64,000 bases of DNA, from contig JAGWFT010000001.1 of assembly GCA_028867755.1 (NCBI GenBank), forward strand, positions 772,727 to 836,726. Direction: 5' to 3'. The translations under genes and the position numbers were made by a program. Shown piece after piece: positions 19,836 to 30,152 of this stretch. The notes beneath the pieces are model-generated. The model saw only the letters and a program-made list of their open reading frames with translations. It was not told the DNA's origin and made no database searches. Each line of letters begins with the position of its first letter. Position 1 is the first letter of the stretch. The stretch comes from Nitrososphaerota archaeon. Its GTDB lineage: Archaea; Thermoproteota; Nitrososphaeria; Nitrososphaerales; Nitrosopumilaceae.

Positions 19836-21565
19836 CAGCAAGTTCCGATAATGTATCCCGAATACACAAGCGCTATACTCTAACAACCCTTACCCCTTCT
19901 TCTTCATATGTTTCGCTTGCAGCATCGATAGTTATTGCATGTGTGATAGTTTCTCTATCGATGCTTTATTATTTCAAGTCAGCAGATAAACTTGCCTTTA
20001 GCATACCGCTAACTGTTGCAATATTACTTGTAACTCAGTTCACAGATGCCAAGTTATTGAAAACAGATCATTCAAAAGTTTTACATATGTCTGCCTTTGG
20101 AACTCTTCTTTGGCTTGTAACAATAATTGGTGGCTTACTCTCTGTTTATGTTTTTTCAAAACCGCACTTATCGCAGGTTTACATAGCTGAGGGTATGCTT
20201 CTCTTTGCAAGCTTCAGAATAGGAATATTCACATCAGTAATTGGAACCAAAGTCAAGACTGCTATAGCAATATGTCTGATACAACCGCTTGCAATGTTTC
20301 TTGCATTTGTGCCTTCTGAACAATGGTTCCAAATACTTTCTGATCCTAGATGTATTACTTTTGGTCTTGTTTTTATCTTTCTTGGCACTGCATGGACCAT
20401 ACTTACCGATAGAGCCACAGGAAAGGTTGCAAATGCACACAAGTTTTTGCAGGCATACATAGCAGCATTAACAAGAAATGATCCAGTAGAAATGGAGACA
20501 ATGATGGAGGCACGTTCCCAACCTTCAAAGGTATCTACATTCCAAATTTTATTTAAAACAAAAAATAATGAATGCAGACTTGTTTTGCCAGACGTTCATC
20601 CTGGACCTTTTCATCCAATAGGTGGAAGCAATATAACTTATTTAATTTACAAAAATCTAAATTCATCTGCAATGGTAATGCATAGTGTATCTGATCATTC
20701 TCTTAATCTTCCTTCCAAGTTTCAAGTTGAACAGTATCTTGCAAGTCTGCAAAAGAGCTCAACAATACAACAAGGAGTTAATTGCACAAAACCTGTAACA
20801 GTTCAAGTAAACAAGGCAAGAGCCGTAGGGTTATTGTTTGACAAGACAGCAGTTCTAATTCTATCTCTTTCTCCTCATGGGATGGAGGATGTTCCAACAT
20901 TTGTAAAGACAGAACTTGAACAATACGGAAAAAACAGAGGTTTTGAACAAGTGTTAATTGTGGACAGTCATAATGCTATGGGTGAGGAAATATCCAGTTT
21001 AGATGCAGATGATCTTCTAAAGGCTGCCAAGTCAAATCTAGATACCCTGATAACAAAAGAAGCGGCACCAATAGAGATTGGATTTGCAAATGCAGAAAAT
21101 CTCAAAATTGAGACAGATGATCTTGGTCCGGGGAGAGTGGCTATCATGTGTATGAAAATAGGTGATGAAAAATTCTTCTTAGGTTGGGCAGATGCCAATA
21201 ATATGCAAAATGGTTTGAGAGAGGAGATCGCAAATCATTTCTCAAAAAATGGATATAATCTGCTTGAAATATGCACTTCTGATACTCATTACAAATCAAG
21301 AAATGCTAGAAACAAACATGGCTATTTCGAGTTTGGAAGCTTGTCAAAATCTGATGATGCTAAATCATGGTTCTTACAACTTGCTAAAAAAGCTGAACAA
21401 AATATTTCTCCTGCATCGTTTGAACTGCTTGCACAAGAAACAAATGTAAAAGTTATGGGTAACAAACAGTTTGAAGATTATTCAAAATCCCTAGACAGAG
21501 CAATGCGTATGACACAAGGTTTCCTTGTTGTAACTACTGCATTTTTCTTTTATACTATGCTTTAG
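19832..21565 (+). CDS. DUF2070-family membrane protein
   Basis: N-terminal TM bundle; PDVHPGPF, GGSNI, HSVSDH, DSHN, DANNM, TSDTH motifs; start set at the ATG overlapping the Sec61beta stop. Confidence 0.85.
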   Translation: MTASSDNVSRIHKRYTLTTLTPSSSYVSLAASIVIACVIVSLSMLYYFKSADKLAFSIPLTVAILLVTQFTDAKLLKTDHSKVLHMSAFGTLLWLVTIIGGLLSVYVFSKPHLSQVYIAEGMLLFASFRIGIFTSVIGTKVKTAIAICLIQPLAMFLAFVPSEQWFQILSDPRCITFGLVFIFLGTAWTILTDRATGKVANAHKFLQAYIAALTRNDPVEMETMMEARSQPSKVSTFQILFKTKNNECRLVLPDVHPGPFHPIGGSNITYLIYKNLNSSAMVMHSVSDHSLNLPSKFQVEQYLASLQKSSTIQQGVNCTKPVTVQVNKARAVGLLFDKTAVLILSLSPHGMEDVPTFVKTELEQYGKNRGFEQVLIVDSHNAMGEEISSLDADDLLKAAKSNLDTLITKEAAPIEIGFANAENLKIETDDLGPGRVAIMCMKIGDEKFFLGWADANNMQNGLREEIANHFSKNGYNLLEICTSDTHYKSRNARNKHGYFEFGSLSKSDDAKSWFLQLAKKAEQNISPASFELLAQETNVKVMGNKQFEDYSKSLDRAMRMTQGFLVVTTAFFFYTML

Positions 21566-22182
21566 GAACGAAATTTCTCTAGATTACCATAAAATTCATC
21601 ACAGAATGCATCTAGCTGATGAATTGGAACTATGGGAACTCTATCAATAAATTTTGTTTCATTTTGATACAATGTAACAATAGCTGGTACAGCAGCTTGC
21701 ACTTTGGCCTTTAACAAAAAATATCTAGTACGTTCAACTTGTTTTTTTACTGCCTTCTCAAGAGCAGACTGGTTCATCTTATTCCAATGTTTACAATCTA
21801 TCAAAACTGCTATCCCAGACTTTATACCTATGACATCTATCTGCATTCTAGGCTTTGTCAATATCACATTGCACATAGTCTCAAAGTCTCTACTTTTGAG
21901 AATCTCAGCCGTAAGGGATTCAAAGTCTTGCCATTCAAGCAATACGGAGATTTCATCAATAGGTACACCCATATTGATTGCCAGAATACCTGTCTTCAAT
22001 CTGTCACTTTCTTCAAAATGTATTAACTCATCCTTATACACGCCTATCCCATTTTGCATGAAATTATCTAATATTTTGGCTGCTAAATCTTCACTAGTCT
22101 GGGTTGCCATGGAAAAATCCTTTACTGATATTCCGCCAGGAATTATTCCTTTGAGCCCCTTGGTAAGTATCTGTGTATTCAA
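21562..22182 (-). CDS. PD-(D/E)xK restriction-endonuclease-fold protein (Mrr/NERD-like)
   Basis: WQDFESLTAEIL, QIDVIG...LIDCKHW. Confidence 0.7.
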   Translation of the reverse strand: MNTQILTKGLKGIIPGGISVKDFSMATQTSEDLAAKILDNFMQNGIGVYKDELIHFEESDRLKTGILAINMGVPIDEISVLLEWQDFESLTAEILKSRDFETMCNVILTKPRMQIDVIGIKSGIAVLIDCKHWNKMNQSALEKAVKKQVERTRYFLLKAKVQAAVPAIVTLYQNETKFIDRVPIVPIHQLDAFCDEFYGNLEKFRS

Positions 22183-22334
22183 TAGGAGACGCTCATCTCT
22201 TGTTTACACAATACTACTCGCCACAAATAAAGTTCAGGTTATAACAATGAATTGTATTCTGTTTTTTGTTTTGTGTTGCTTGTTTTCTAAAACCCATAGG
22301 CGATGGTTATATACAGTTTACATCAAAGCAAATC

Positions 22335-24806
22335 ATGAAATTAATGCTAGTTGTCATACTAGCACTCTTTATTTTGGGGGCAAAGGTTTCATTTGGTGAA
22401 AAGGGAACTTATGTTGACAAAGTAGAATTCATACAATACTCAGATGCAAATACTGCCATTGAAGAGGTAAAAAATGGAAATCTAGACATTTACTATTCTC
22501 CAATACCATCAAGCATAATAGATCCACAACTGCGACAGGATCTTAACATATTCCAATCTACAGGAACAGAATACAGTCTTCTCGTGAATCCTGCCATATC
22601 AGCAAAATTCAATCCATTTTCAATAAAAGAGGTTCGTTATGCGCTAAACTACCTGGTGGATAGAAACATGATTGTAGACGAAATACTAAATGGATATGGC
22701 TCGCAGATGATATCTGCATACAAACCATATGATCCAGATTATCTTTTAATTCTGGGAAAACTTCAGTCATTTGATTTTAGATACAACCCTTCTCTTGCAG
22801 ACAAGATGATCTCAGATGCACTTACAAAAGCAGGTGCACAAAAAGTAGGTGGAAAATGGTATTATGATTCAAAACCAATAGAAATCACTATTTTTATCCG
22901 AAACGATGATCAAGTAAGAAAATCAATAGGGGAAATTCTTGCTTCCCAACTGCAAAAGATTGGATTTGTAGTAAAGACAAATTATGGAGACTTGTCAAAG
23001 GCATTTTCTGTCGTATATGGTTCAAATCCAGCAGATTCAGAATGGAACATATACACGGAGGCATACACTATTGGAGGATTTGTAAGGTATGATTCTGTAA
23101 TCATTGCTCAAATGTATTCTCCATGGTTCTCAAATATGCCTGGATTTAACAACCCAGAGTACTGGAATTATGACAACGCCTCTTTAGATTCAACATCCCA
23201 GGAAATTTTTGTAGGAAATTTTACCTCTTCTTCAACGAGAGCTGCATTGCTAAATGAAGGTGTTGATGAAGGCATACAAGAGTCTGTTAGAATATTTCTT
23301 GCAGCTCAAGTAGACCAATATGTTGCAAACAAGAAAACTCAGGGAATAATAAATGATTTTGGTGCAGGAATAACAAGCAGATTTACCCCAATTAACTCAC
23401 GAGACGGCTCTAATACTCTAAAAATTGGTGTAGGAAAGATCTATCAAGGCGCATGGAATCCAATAGCTGGATTTACTGATTCGTACAGCCAAGAGATGTC
23501 ATCTTCTGTGATAGACCCAGGTGATTTTAAGAATCCATACACCGGAATTACAATTCCTGTGAGAACTACATGGGAAGTCAAGACGGCTGGTCCCACAGGA
23601 AAACTTGATGTCCCAAGTGACGCCATTAGATGGGACCCAGAACAACAAAAATGGACTCAGATCGGATCTGGTGTCAAGGCAACTAGTAAGGTGACATTTC
23701 ATATGAAGTTTAGCAACTGGCACAACGGTAGCCCAATGGACATGAATGATGTACTCTATGGAATTTATTTTCTTTATCAGTGGGGATCTAATCATGCAGC
23801 ACAAACCAAGACATTTGATTCTGAATACTCCCCAAAGGCAAACCAAGCTGCAAACACACTGATAGGTGTTCGAGTTATTGACAATGATACCATAGAAGTA
23901 TACCAAGACTATTGGCATTTTGATGACAATGAGATAGCTGACTCGGCTCAACTCTGGCCCAGTATGCCATGGGAGATAATGTATGCAATGGAGAAATCTG
24001 TCACAGATGGAAAACTTGCGTTTTCAAGATCAGACGCAATAAACAAGAACATTGACTGGCTTTCGCTAATAGTTCCAGAAGATACCCAGATCATGAAATC
24101 CAATCTTCAGGAGTTTGAGAAAGATAATGATATACCTGTGGCATTGACAGGACTTGTTAATTCTAGTTATTCTAATTCAAGGTACGACTCTACGATATCA
24201 TGGATAGACAAACATGGAAATGCAATGATAAGCAACGGTCCGTTCTATCTTGACAGTTATCTGCCAGAGGCAAGAACTATCTCAATAAAATCATTTGACG
24301 ATTCTACCTATCCCTTTGGTGTAGGATACTGGAAGGGATTTGAGCAAGTACAGCTTCCAAAGATAGAAAAGATAGACGTACCAACAGTTGCAACTATCGG
24401 GCAGGAACTTGATATTCCAGCGTTGGCAACTGCTGATTCTGATGTATATTATTATTTCACCAATTCCCAAGGCAAGATGGTGTATGACGGGGTACAAAAT
24501 TCTGGCAACGGGAGTTTCAGTATCATAGTTCCCGCAGAAAAGACTGCTAATTTTACTGCTGGTGCAAATGACTTGAAAATCTTTACTGTCTCAAATGCTG
24601 CGTATCGGCCTGATGCATTTAGCACTAGTTTTCTTGCTACACAAGAGGGAGATGAAATTCCATCTCAGAAAGTTAGCATTATATCACAAAACACTATTGA
24701 TAATCAAAACTATGTTGTTATACCATTTGTAGTATCAGGTGTGACAATTGCTCTTGTCTACACAAGAATGAGAAAAAAACGAGCTTTAAGAGAGGTCAAA
24801 AAATAA
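22335..24806 (+). CDS. Peptide/nickel ABC transporter substrate-binding protein (family 5), C-terminally anchored
   Basis: Signal MKLMLVVILALFILG; FNPFSIKEVRYALNYLVDR; WHNGSPMDMND; ISNGPFYL; C-terminal TM plus RKKR. Confidence 0.9.
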   Translation: MKLMLVVILALFILGAKVSFGEKGTYVDKVEFIQYSDANTAIEEVKNGNLDIYYSPIPSSIIDPQLRQDLNIFQSTGTEYSLLVNPAISAKFNPFSIKEVRYALNYLVDRNMIVDEILNGYGSQMISAYKPYDPDYLLILGKLQSFDFRYNPSLADKMISDALTKAGAQKVGGKWYYDSKPIEITIFIRNDDQVRKSIGEILASQLQKIGFVVKTNYGDLSKAFSVVYGSNPADSEWNIYTEAYTIGGFVRYDSVIIAQMYSPWFSNMPGFNNPEYWNYDNASLDSTSQEIFVGNFTSSSTRAALLNEGVDEGIQESVRIFLAAQVDQYVANKKTQGIINDFGAGITSRFTPINSRDGSNTLKIGVGKIYQGAWNPIAGFTDSYSQEMSSSVIDPGDFKNPYTGITIPVRTTWEVKTAGPTGKLDVPSDAIRWDPEQQKWTQIGSGVKATSKVTFHMKFSNWHNGSPMDMNDVLYGIYFLYQWGSNHAAQTKTFDSEYSPKANQAANTLIGVRVIDNDTIEVYQDYWHFDDNEIADSAQLWPSMPWEIMYAMEKSVTDGKLAFSRSDAINKNIDWLSLIVPEDTQIMKSNLQEFEKDNDIPVALTGLVNSSYSNSRYDSTISWIDKHGNAMISNGPFYLDSYLPEARTISIKSFDDSTYPFGVGYWKGFEQVQLPKIEKIDVPTVATIGQELDIPALATADSDVYYYFTNSQGKMVYDGVQNSGNGSFSIIVPAEKTANFTAGANDLKIFTVSNAAYRPDAFSTSFLATQEGDEIPSQKVSIISQNTIDNQNYVVIPFVVSGVTIALVYTRMRKKRALREVKK

Positions 24807-25859
24807 ATGGGATTCAAAAAATATCTTGCAAAACGTGCAATCACAATGTTTGGCGTCTTGATGGCGACGCTTTTGATAACAGTTGCACTTGTAGGCTCTA
24901 ACATGGATGCAATACTAAAGCAAAGTGTGGCTCTAGAAATAAGACAGCAAGTAACAAACAACAAAAGTTTGATCTCAAGCTTCAAGACACCAGAACAACT
25001 TGACTTGTATGTTCAAAATCAAATAAAAGAAAGAATAGTGGCACTTGGACTTGACCAGCCCTGGTACACTCCACAAAGGCTTGGGCTTGCCATGTACAAA
25101 ATCCTGACACTTGATTTTGGTCATGCGAAATTTCTTACAAGTGATACAGGCTCTTCTGATGTAAAGGACATAATACTTGAAAAGCTTCCAAGAACAATTT
25201 TGCTCTTTACTACTGCCACTGCCATAGTTTCATTACTTGGCATATTGCTGGGTGCCATTGCTGCAAGCAAAGTAAATTCAAAAATTGATAAAATAACATC
25301 AGGCTTTGCCATAATTAGCAGTAGTTTTCCTGTCTGGTGGATAGGGCTAATTATGATCTTTTTATTTGCATTTGTTTACCCAGTGTTTCCTGCAAGGGCA
25401 ACTCCAACAATTCCCGTAACAGATCCTGGATATCTATCGTCTCTTCTGTATCACATGGCACTTCCGTTGATAACGCTTGTCTTGATTGGATTTGGCTCCT
25501 GGGCCTATCTTGTCCGCAACTTTTTGGTGGGAGTTTTGCAAGAGGACTTTATCATGGCAAAAAGGACTGCAGGCATCGATGAGAAAAAAATACTATACCG
25601 TCATGCCTTAAAGAATGCCGCTCCTCCTATAGTGACCGTCCTTGCCTTGAGTCTCTCTGGCTCTCTTGGCGGTGCAATAATAACAGAAGCAGTATTTGAC
25701 TGGCCTGGGATGGGAAGATTGTACTATGAGGCAATAAGTGTTCTTGACTTGCCAGTAATAATTGGTGCAACCTATGTTCTGACAGCATTCTTTCTTGTTA
25801 GCATATTTCTGGCAGATGTATTGTATGGATACTTTGATCCTAGGGTGAGACGACAATGA
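24807..25859 (+). CDS. Peptide ABC transporter permease (OppB/DppB-like)
   Basis: LPRTILL, EDFIMAKRTAGIDEKKILYRHALKNA (EAA loop), ITEAVFDWPGMGRL. Confidence 0.93.
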   Translation: MGFKKYLAKRAITMFGVLMATLLITVALVGSNMDAILKQSVALEIRQQVTNNKSLISSFKTPEQLDLYVQNQIKERIVALGLDQPWYTPQRLGLAMYKILTLDFGHAKFLTSDTGSSDVKDIILEKLPRTILLFTTATAIVSLLGILLGAIAASKVNSKIDKITSGFAIISSSFPVWWIGLIMIFLFAFVYPVFPARATPTIPVTDPGYLSSLLYHMALPLITLVLIGFGSWAYLVRNFLVGVLQEDFIMAKRTAGIDEKKILYRHALKNAAPPIVTVLALSLSGSLGGAIITEAVFDWPGMGRLYYEAISVLDLPVIIGATYVLTAFFLVSIFLADVLYGYFDPRVRRQ

Positions 25860-27214
25860 GTTTTTCTCCAAAAGAAATCTGGAAAGAATTTGCAAGCAGT
25901 AACATTGCACTAGTGGGTATTGGGATTATAGCTGTGTTACTTTGCATGTCAATAGCTGCCTTTGTCACTATTCCCGCTGAGACTTTTAGGGAGTGGAACG
26001 ATCCCTCAAGCTGGCTTGCGTATCCCAAATCTGCGCTTCCTGCTTGGATTAACTATTTTCTTCCAGAAAAGATTCCAGAACACTTGATCTTAAAACCTCA
26101 AGAGTCTCATCAAGAATCAGGTGGGGTGTCTGTTGTGACTGATGTGTTTGTAACGGACTACCAGTACGACTCTTTTCCAAGTGATTTTATCTACCAGTAT
26201 AAGGCTGAGTATCAAGGCTCTCCACTAGTACAACTCTCAGTTACGCGACCTGATGGTTTAAGCTCCGTTCTAATGTCAACATCATTGCCACAATCTACAA
26301 GCAATACAACATTTGAGGCAATGTTGTTTTCTACAGATGACTCTATGAAAAAGAACATCCAAAATAAAATAAAATTTCTATTTCCTGTTGATTTTGTTCC
26401 TTCACAAGATCTGGTCTTTTCAGACCTTGATCAAAATAAGGTCCTAAAGGGGGTTTATGTTTTCAAGGTGACAGTTTATGATGTATCTGGAAACCTCACA
26501 CTTGATCAATCAAAGTTCATTCTGGGTGGAAAAGTATACGGGTTTATGGGAACTGATGAGCTAAGACGAGACCTTGCAGTTGGAATTTTGTGGGGAACAC
26601 CATTGGCACTCTTTATTGGAATTACTGTCTCAATAGGCTCTGTGGTATTTGGACTAGTCTATGGAGTTTTTGCTGGCTTCAAAGGACGTGCTACTGATGA
26701 GGTGATGATGCGTTTCAATGATATCATATATGCAATGCCAGCCCTACCACTTTTGATAATTTTAGCAGTGACAATAGGAAACAGCATATTTCTTATCGTG
26801 GGATTTTTGGTAGTGTTTGGTTGGGTAGGGATAGCAAAAGTATCAAGAAGTATGGCCATGCAAATAAAGACACTTCAATACGTCGAAGCTTCAAAGCTGA
26901 TGGGGCAGAAAGATTTCAAAATAATATTCAAACATATATTGCCACAACTTCTCCCATACGCCTTTGCAAGCATCGCAATATCTGTTCCAGCAGCGATAAC
27001 TACTGAGGCAGGACTCAGCTTCCTGGGCCTTGGGGATCCAGCATTTCCTACATGGGGACAGATACTGCATGATGCCAGCGTCTACGGAGCTGCTGAAAGG
27101 GGACTGTGGTGGTGGATTCTACCACCTGGAATTATGATCGCAATAACTGGTCTTGCCTTTGTCTTCATTGGCCATGCAATGGATACAATAGTTAATCCTA
27201 CGCTACGACGTTAG
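25856..27214 (+). CDS. Peptide ABC transporter permease (OppC/DppC-like)
   Basis: MGTDELRRD, YVEASKLMG, KHILPQ, EAGLSFLGLG, WGQILHDA, WWWILPPG. Confidence 0.93.
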   Translation: MSFSPKEIWKEFASSNIALVGIGIIAVLLCMSIAAFVTIPAETFREWNDPSSWLAYPKSALPAWINYFLPEKIPEHLILKPQESHQESGGVSVVTDVFVTDYQYDSFPSDFIYQYKAEYQGSPLVQLSVTRPDGLSSVLMSTSLPQSTSNTTFEAMLFSTDDSMKKNIQNKIKFLFPVDFVPSQDLVFSDLDQNKVLKGVYVFKVTVYDVSGNLTLDQSKFILGGKVYGFMGTDELRRDLAVGILWGTPLALFIGITVSIGSVVFGLVYGVFAGFKGRATDEVMMRFNDIIYAMPALPLLIILAVTIGNSIFLIVGFLVVFGWVGIAKVSRSMAMQIKTLQYVEASKLMGQKDFKIIFKHILPQLLPYAFASIAISVPAAITTEAGLSFLGLGDPAFPTWGQILHDASVYGAAERGLWWWILPPGIMIAITGLAFVFIGHAMDTIVNPTLRR

Positions 27215-27527
27215 AATTAAACTGACGAATTATCTTTATTGTTTCATCACTGAGTCTCACAGTATATGCAGCAGCGTTAGGATCTGTAGACTGGGACAAC
27301 ATCTCTGCAAATTGAGTTTTATCTTTTCCTCTTTGATACATGCCTCCAGACTCTTTAATGCATAAAGGAAACTTTTGTAGCTTGAGACCGTTTTGGAAAA
27401 GATGCGACATGAATTTTTTATAATTTTCTGGGGAATACCATTCTGCATTATTTTCCTCGCAAAGCATTATCCAAGTATCTATTGTATTTTGGAATAATGC
27501 CTTCTTCCTAAGTTCTTCTAGTGTCAT
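27198..27527 (-). CDS. Hypothetical protein
   Basis: 109-aa ORF filling the gap, protein-like composition. Confidence 0.65.
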   Translation of the reverse strand: MTLEELRKKALFQNTIDTWIMLCEENNAEWYSPENYKKFMSHLFQNGLKLQKFPLCIKESGGMYQRGKDKTQFAEMLSQSTDPNAAAYTVRLSDETIKIIRQFNSNVVA

Positions 27528-27536
27528 CTCTTGATT

Positions 27537-27845
27537 TTAGAAATCTGCTCTTTTCATCTTAGAGCCACATCTTGGGCAGGTTCCACCCTTGAATCTATTG
27601 TTACATGCAAGACAAATGTACTTGACTCCTTGGCCTTGACCGAAGAATCCACCTCCGCCGCTTCCAGTGTCTGTACCCATTCCTCCCATTCTCTTGAGCG
27701 CCCTGTTTCTCAAGAAGAGAGGGAATACTATGAAGATGGCTAATGCTGCTATCAAACCGTATGGCCATGGTAAAAGCATCTGTAATCCAATGCTAACTGC
27801 AAGTGAACCGAAAAGGAAGATAAGATAAGTTTTATAATTTATCAA
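27537..27845 (-). CDS. Small membrane protein with Gly-rich linker and C-terminal zinc ribbon
   Basis: Two TM segments, GMGTDTGSGGGG, CLAC...CPRC. Confidence 0.7.
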   Translation of the reverse strand: MINYKTYLIFLFGSLAVSIGLQMLLPWPYGLIAALAIFIVFPLFLRNRALKRMGGMGTDTGSGGGGFFGQGQGVKYICLACNNRFKGGTCPRCGSKMKRADF

Positions 27846-27881
27846 TGTTTCATGTTATAGCAAAAAGCTTATAAATTTTTG

Positions 27882-28295
27882 TCATGATTCCCCCAAACTC
27901 ACTATCATCTCAAGTATGTTACCATCTCTGTCATATGCAAACAAATCATCGTCTTCATAGGGGGATTGCACAATTATTGAAACAAAACCGAAAAAATTAT
28001 GCAAATCTGTGACAGAAGGCTTTGCTACTCCGCTTGGATGTGAGTGAACAGTACCGACATAACTAGGATCTAGAGGCAGAAATGTATATGGAAATCCTGC
28101 AAATGTGGGACCAGTATGTGAAAATGGTGGTATGACAAGGCCATCAACAAAGATTTGACCTTTTTTGTATCTGCCTCGTAAGATGAGAATTCCTTCATTA
28201 GGGTGATTCATCTTGCAATAAGTCAGAATCCCATCTCGGGTTTCTTTGGTTATGGTTACGGTTCTACGTGATCGTTGTTCTTTCTTGAAGATCAC
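27882..28295 (-). CDS. JAB1/MPN (JAMM) metalloprotease
   Basis: HPNEGILIL (catalytic Glu) and HSHPSGVAKPSVTD (HxHx7Sx2D). Confidence 0.9.
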   Translation of the reverse strand: MIFKKEQRSRRTVTITKETRDGILTYCKMNHPNEGILILRGRYKKGQIFVDGLVIPPFSHTGPTFAGFPYTFLPLDPSYVGTVHSHPSGVAKPSVTDLHNFFGFVSIIVQSPYEDDDLFAYDRDGNILEMIVSLGES

Positions 28296-28348
28296 GATAT
28301 GGTTTTTACATGGAACCTAATTAAACTTAGAAACTGTATTTTTCTATT

Positions 28349-29638
28349 CTATATTTTGATGATGACTTTTGTGTTATTTAGATGAGTTAGGTCTCTTTCT
28401 AGTTCCAACTTGGCAGTATCTAGTTGGGCTTTGTTTTCACTAATCTCTCTCTCTAGTTTCTTATTAGATGTCTGCAGATCTATCAAATTTGTTCTTGCTT
28501 TCTCGTTCTCTTTTTCTTTTGTCTCTAACACCTTCACATTAAATACATCCAAGTTAATTTCAAGATCGGAAATCTTTTTTTCATAAGCGTTTTTTAGTTT
28601 TAGAAACTCGTCCAGTCTTTCTATTGTTTCTTCGATTGACTCTATTGATTTATCTGAATCCTTGACTGAAACATTGCCTGCCACAACTGATTTGGCAGTA
28701 GCTTGTAAAATCTCAACAAGCGCATCTTTATTCTGAATTGAGATGACTTCGTATGGGTCCAAAATGAATTCCTCCATTAACTTTTTCATTGGCTTGTCAA
28801 ATGAAGATACATAGCTATACTTGCTAAGTGGTCTTGAAATCTTGATAAACTGTGAGCTTACCTTACTCTTAATTTCCTGTTTTTCACCAGAGAGCAGGCC
28901 TATTTTCTTTTTGATCTCCAAAAATTCTCTATATTCAGATTTGGATCTTAATTCAGATATTTCTTGCTCGAGCCTTGTAATGGTATTTGAAGTTTCATCT
29001 TTTTCATTTATGATTTCTGTAATTCTTTGATTTTTTTGCTTTTCTTCTATTCTTAAGGCATCAATCTTTTTTATATTTTCAAGTATGGTAAAAGAACTTG
29101 ACTTGAAACTTTCTTGTTCGTTTATTAATCTCTGTAGTATGTTTCTATTTTGCGCAAGCTTTGCAATTTCTTCTTTAAGTTTGTCTGCATATTTTCTTGC
29201 AAAAACATGCATGACTCTAGTATGCAATCCCAAAATATCTCCAATTCTTTTGAGTATCTGGTTAACTTCATTGTTGATTTCTATTACATCATCATATCTT
29301 TCAATATTGGTTAACTTTATGCTGGTCTCTTTTTTGATAGTAGATACTACTGCATCTTTACCTCTTATTCCAACTATTTTCAGGTTCTTATCCACGTCAT
29401 CAAGCTTCAAGTTATCTGATTCTAAATGAAGAATTATCTTGTGAATGTTTTTTTGATTGAGCTCAATCTCTGTTTTGAGTTGCTTGGCTTCTTGAAGTAT
29501 GTTTAACACACGTGGACCTTCAATCTCTTTAATGATTGATGGTATATCTTGCAAAAGGATCTCTTTTTGGTAGTGACTTGGCTCTACTGGATTTTCTACT
29601 GTTTTTTTCTTTCCAAAACCAAAGACCATGTATGTCAC
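28349..29638 (-). CDS. Long coiled-coil hypothetical protein
   Basis: 429 aa, E/K/L/I-rich heptads, no Walker motif seen. Confidence 0.7.
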   Translation of the reverse strand: MTYMVFGFGKKKTVENPVEPSHYQKEILLQDIPSIIKEIEGPRVLNILQEAKQLKTEIELNQKNIHKIILHLESDNLKLDDVDKNLKIVGIRGKDAVVSTIKKETSIKLTNIERYDDVIEINNEVNQILKRIGDILGLHTRVMHVFARKYADKLKEEIAKLAQNRNILQRLINEQESFKSSSFTILENIKKIDALRIEEKQKNQRITEIINEKDETSNTITRLEQEISELRSKSEYREFLEIKKKIGLLSGEKQEIKSKVSSQFIKISRPLSKYSYVSSFDKPMKKLMEEFILDPYEVISIQNKDALVEILQATAKSVVAGNVSVKDSDKSIESIEETIERLDEFLKLKNAYEKKISDLEINLDVFNVKVLETKEKENEKARTNLIDLQTSNKKLEREISENKAQLDTAKLELERDLTHLNNTKVIIKI

Positions 29639-29668
29639 CTAAGATAGAATGTCACAACGTTAAATATT

Positions 29669-29998
29669 ATGCATAGCAAGATTACTGCCGTGAGTGATAT
29701 AAGGCTGATAATGGTGGGATCGGTAATTATCTTTGCGGGTTTTTATATTGCAGGAATGGCAGGTTCTCAATATTCTCAGATTTCTATACAAACAAGCCAG
29801 TTTGATGAGTGTTATGACTATTCTTCTGGTAATGCGGTACATGTTAGCTGTGTACAAAAAGAACACGATGCTCTTCTCTACCTATCTCTGGCATTAGGAC
29901 TTATTGGCATGGGGGCTTATATTATTTTCAGAGGAATAAAGGGAAGATGGGATCAGAATGTAAAAAGTGGCGAAATGTTAGGTCCAAAACATGACTAA
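29669..29998 (+). CDS. Small two-TM hypothetical protein
   Basis: Two hydrophobic helices flanking a loop with a Cys pair; IKGRWD C-terminus. Confidence 0.65.
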   Translation: MHSKITAVSDIRLIMVGSVIIFAGFYIAGMAGSQYSQISIQTSQFDECYDYSSGNAVHVSCVQKEHDALLYLSLALGLIGMGAYIIFRGIKGRWDQNVKSGEMLGPKHD

Positions 29999-30152
29999 AA
30001 ATTTGGCTAATTTGATGTGTGTTCTTATTTTTTATTGGGATAAATAATAAAACTAAAACACAGTATTGTCAATACGCTCAAGATCTTCTTATTGTATATC
30101 TCAAACATGTTGATTTTTTGATAATTTCACTTGTCATATCGTGAAAAAGGTA

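Noticed and set aside
19625-19867. 80-aa reverse-strand ORF
   Set aside because: Antisense shadow of the Sec61beta gene
21704-22399. 231-aa plus-strand ORF
   Set aside because: Antisense to the nuclease-fold gene, no recognisable motifs
28349-29638. Coiled-coil protein as SMC/Rad50/SbcC ATPase
   Set aside because: No Walker A/B, signature motif or zinc hook visible
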